NCBI GenBank assembly: GCA_951406725.2
Contig: OX597824.1
Span: 40,548,001 to 40,612,000, forward strand
Source: Octopus vulgaris
Taxonomy: Eukaryota
Reading direction: 5' to 3'
Length of the DNA: 64,000 nt
In this document: in pieces, positions 60,681 through 64,000 of the stretch
How the letters are laid out: each line of letters opens with the position of its first letter
Numbering within the stretch: the first letter of the stretch is position 1
The notes under the pieces: generated by a model
Seen by the model: only the letters and a program-made list of their open reading frames with translations
What the model was told of the DNA's origin: nothing
The model's database searches: none
Translations under genes and position numbers: made by a program

Positions 60681-61881
60681 TCTTTAATTTCAATGCTAGT
60701 ATGAGTTGGGTGCTTTTACAGGAAACAGGCCAGATGACTGCACCAAGCTCCAAAGTTTGCTGTGGCCTGTTGTTTGCACTGGCTACCCTTCTTTACTCCA
60801 ACACCTTTACAGAGTGTACTGGGTGCTTTTTGTGGCACTAGTGAAGTCACTATACATGCTTATATTTATGTGCATGTTTACATCTGCACTCACTTGTACA
60901 AAAGTTGCAATATACTGGCAGTGCAGCAATCAGTTCTGTCAAATCATCCACTCACTTTGCAACTTTGAAGCCACAAAGAATAATAGACTCCTTACTTGAA
61001 AATCAGGTAAGGACTAGCAACTGTAATGGCATCCAGCAGTAAAACAATGCCTCACAAACCAATTTGATATCAAGATTCGGTAACAGAAAGAGACCCATTG
61101 TGCGTGTGTGCATGGCTTTGTATTTGTCCCCCACCACCCCTTGGTAATGTGCTGGCTTGTTTATGTACCCAAACTTAGTGGTTCAACACATGGCATCTTA
61201 GATAAAATGTATTTGATGTGCAATGGCCACAAGAAGAAACCAAAGCAAAGTTATAGGTTTGGTTGGCTCACCAAGAATTTACTTCTTTAAATGAAGATTT
61301 CTAACTTATGTTCAAAACTTCAAATTTAGAATGAAAGAAAAAAAAAACAAACAAACTGAATAAGAGGTAGATTCTATATTTTTCAAGCAAGTGCTTTAGC
61401 ATGACCATAGTCCAATGACTGAAACTAGTAAGAGGGTAAATGGAAGATTGATTGACTTCCAATGTTTTGGGTCCTTGGATAGTGCCAGTTACCTAGTTTC
61501 CATGATATATAAATGACTGAGATCACAACATTTCACCCTAAACGAGACACCAGTCCATCCTATGGTCACTTATTTACAGCTGAGTGAACTGGAGCAACAT
61601 GAAGAAGACATGTTTTATTAAAGAACACAATGCACTGCCCTGTGTGGGAATTGAAACCATCATCTTACCATGGTTAGTGCAACACCCTAACCACTAGGCC
61701 ACATGCCTTCACTCCAATGTATAATTAGTATCATTTTACTTGGATTTCAAATAGTTTTAACTAGATACTGTAAGACCCTCAGTCACAAAGCGCCATCACT
61801 TCTGCCGAACCTACTGTCTTTTTAATAATAGAGATCACTGAAATAAAACAACTGAACGCAAATTAATATTTTCTCCATTAT

Positions 61882-61887
61882 TTTATT
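61882..61887 (-). terminator. Candidate polyadenylation signal (AATAAA) of ATP6AP1
   Basis: TTTATT on the plus strand, at the end of an approximately 1.8 kb TE-free AT-rich stretch following the stop codon. Confidence 0.35.
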
Positions 61888-62443
61888 CACAAAAAAAAAA
61901 GAGAAAAGAACAATATCAACAACTTATGCAACAATTTTCCAGAAATATAACAATGGTTGTATCAGTGATCCAAGAAAAAAACTATGAGTTGATCTAAGTC
62001 ATATCTTGTCTCTAACCAATTCTACAAAATTTCACAAATAGAAAGGTGAAATTAATCACAGAGTTTTTCTCTTACAACACACTTTTCTGATTATGAAAAC
62101 ACTTTGATTAATTCCTTGAATAAAAGTCCAATGCAATCTATTGGCAGTTAGATACTCCAAGAGCAGAATGTCAAGATATTGCTTGGAAGACTAACCTTTT
62201 GAATTTTTCATTTAATTCTTGGGAAATTTTTTTTTTTTTTTCTAATACAGTTTAACTGAATTAACTGCTTTAATTTTTAGTTTCGTTTTCAACTATTTCT
62301 TGAGAAATTTTTTATACATATATTTGGAAAGGTTTTTTTTTAAAAAAAAAAAAGAGCTTTGCAAATTTACAAATTAATCTACATTTTGAACATATACACA
62401 CACATATATATATATATACACACACACAAACACATGTATATGA

Positions 62444-62475
<32 letters not shown>

Positions 62476-63668
62476 GCATGTATATATGTGAGTGTCTATA
62501 TATATATATATATATGTATATACATACACACATATAGGGAGAGACTGAGAGTGACTTTTAAATTACAAAAAAAAGTTAATTTTTACTTTGATTTTTAACT
62601 TTAAAAATAAATTCTACATTGAGTTTCCTTTTTATTGAAATTAACTAGTTTCAATGGAATTCAATTCTTTCAAATGCAAACATGAAAAAAAAAAAAAATT
62701 AAATTACATTTTTCGATATATACATACAAAAGACAACTTTACAGATATTTTCAGAACATTATCACTAAGCTGATAATAATTCTACTAATGACATAACACA
62801 CCTCCAAAACAAAAAATAACAATAATAAACTTTTGTAATTTATAGTATCGCTTGTTCTGGTTTGATCCTTGCAGCTGTATTAGCCAATATGAAACATTCT
62901 TTTTGAGCAGAGACTAGACTTCTAGCAGTAGGAATGTTAAGAAGGTATTCTTTATAGAAAGAAGAAAGAATATTATTCAGTGGGCCAATATGGGTCGATG
63001 ATACAAAATGAAAAGACAGCTTTAAAATATTATTTACAAGAGATTTACGATGAAGGTGTTCTCTTGATAAAGATGTAAATTAGATGCAGCTCATTCACCA
63101 TTCCATGAAGACTCATCAAGTTAACTCAAATTATTTCACAATCAAGATGAAATTAATTAACCCTATAAATTAGTAGTGACAAAAACAATTTAAAAAAAAA
63201 AAATCAATGCTAAATGTTTTCAGCAGTACAAAACATTAAGAAACTAAAAGCAAAAAGGTAAACAATTAGCATTTTATAATTAAACAACTTATATTAACCT
63301 AAACCTCACAAACAAAAAACACTAAGAAGAAAGATATATATATGACAATATAGATTTCATATTGAAAATAGTTTAAATAAATAAATAAATCTCAGTTTTA
63401 AAAAAAGTGTAATTCACTAAATTTACCAACATTAGAAAACAAATTAAATTTAAGATCAGATAATTTTGTGAAATTCACAGAATTTAATACTAAACCTTGA
63501 TTTATGAAAATATCTCTAAGGTGTTTATTGAGAAGATCTATTTTGTTTTTTTATATACCTAACAATCGAAACTATTGGAACTAAATTCGTCTTTGATGTT
63601 ACTGTATTAAGATTGTTTTGTTTTTGCTTGTTTTTAGATTTTTACTATTAAAATCATTTCAAACTTTA

Positions 63669-63881
63669 TCACTCCATTACTGGTACTGAAAACATTTTGC
63701 CTTTAGGGTCATCAAATCTATCCATAGTTTTGATATCCATAATCATACACAGACCAAATGCAAGAATCATACCAAGAATAAGTGTACTAATCAACCCCAT
63801 CCAAATACCAATGGAAAAGAAACCTGTACAATCCCACACATTGTTGGTAAATGTTCCATTTCTCCCATCAAAAGGCTGAAT
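63669..63881 (-). CDS. ATP6AP1: V-ATPase accessory subunit S1 (Ac45), last coding exon
   Basis: tttag|IQPFDGRNGTFTNNVWDCTGFFSIGIWMGLISTLILGMILAFGLCMIMDIKTMDRFDDPKGKMFSVPVME*. Diagnostic DCxxFFSxGIWMGL transmembrane helix plus KTMDRFDDPKG tail. Confidence 0.95.
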   Translation of the reverse strand: MQPFDGRNGTFTNNVWDCTGFFSIGIWMGLISTLILGMILAFGLCMIMDIKTMDRFDDPKGKMFSVPVME

Positions 63882-64000
63882 CTAAAAAAGAAAGGAAAAA
63901 GAAAAACAATGGTAAAAAAATTAGTTTCCAATAGAAAAATCAATCAATATCAATTTAAACACATATTCTAATTAAATAAAAATAAATTAACCCTTTAGCA

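Overview
AT-rich, SINE- and microsatellite-dense eukaryotic DNA. The repeat families look like those of Octopus (recognised from memory, not by search). The six-frame ORF track is mostly repeat noise; the real genes are spliced and were rebuilt by hand with phase-consistent GT-AG junctions. (1) LSM8, minus strand: exons 1-2 (4423-4393, 1947-1907) joined by a U12-type minor intron (GTATCCTTTT donor, TTCCTTAAC branch site); the rest of the gene probably lies left of the window. (2) A complete MDM1-family centriole/microtubule gene, plus strand: 20 coding exons, 13260-55212, about 1017 aa (1055 aa with the long exon 3). Its N-terminal third is an array of tandemly duplicated phase-0 exons carrying a repeated EY(I/M)LLG-x-N/H-x-K/R-F motif that I do not recognise. 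(3) The last exon of ATP6AP1/Ac45, minus strand (63881-63669), convergent with MDM1. Introns and spacers hold a full-length dead DD34D mariner, a DD37D maT relic split by an insertion with a 13-bp TSD, Merlin- and piggyBac-type MITEs, Penelope/RTE/CR1 relics, many tRNA-derived SINEs, and several Penelope-type hammerhead-ribozyme-like motifs inside long palindromes.
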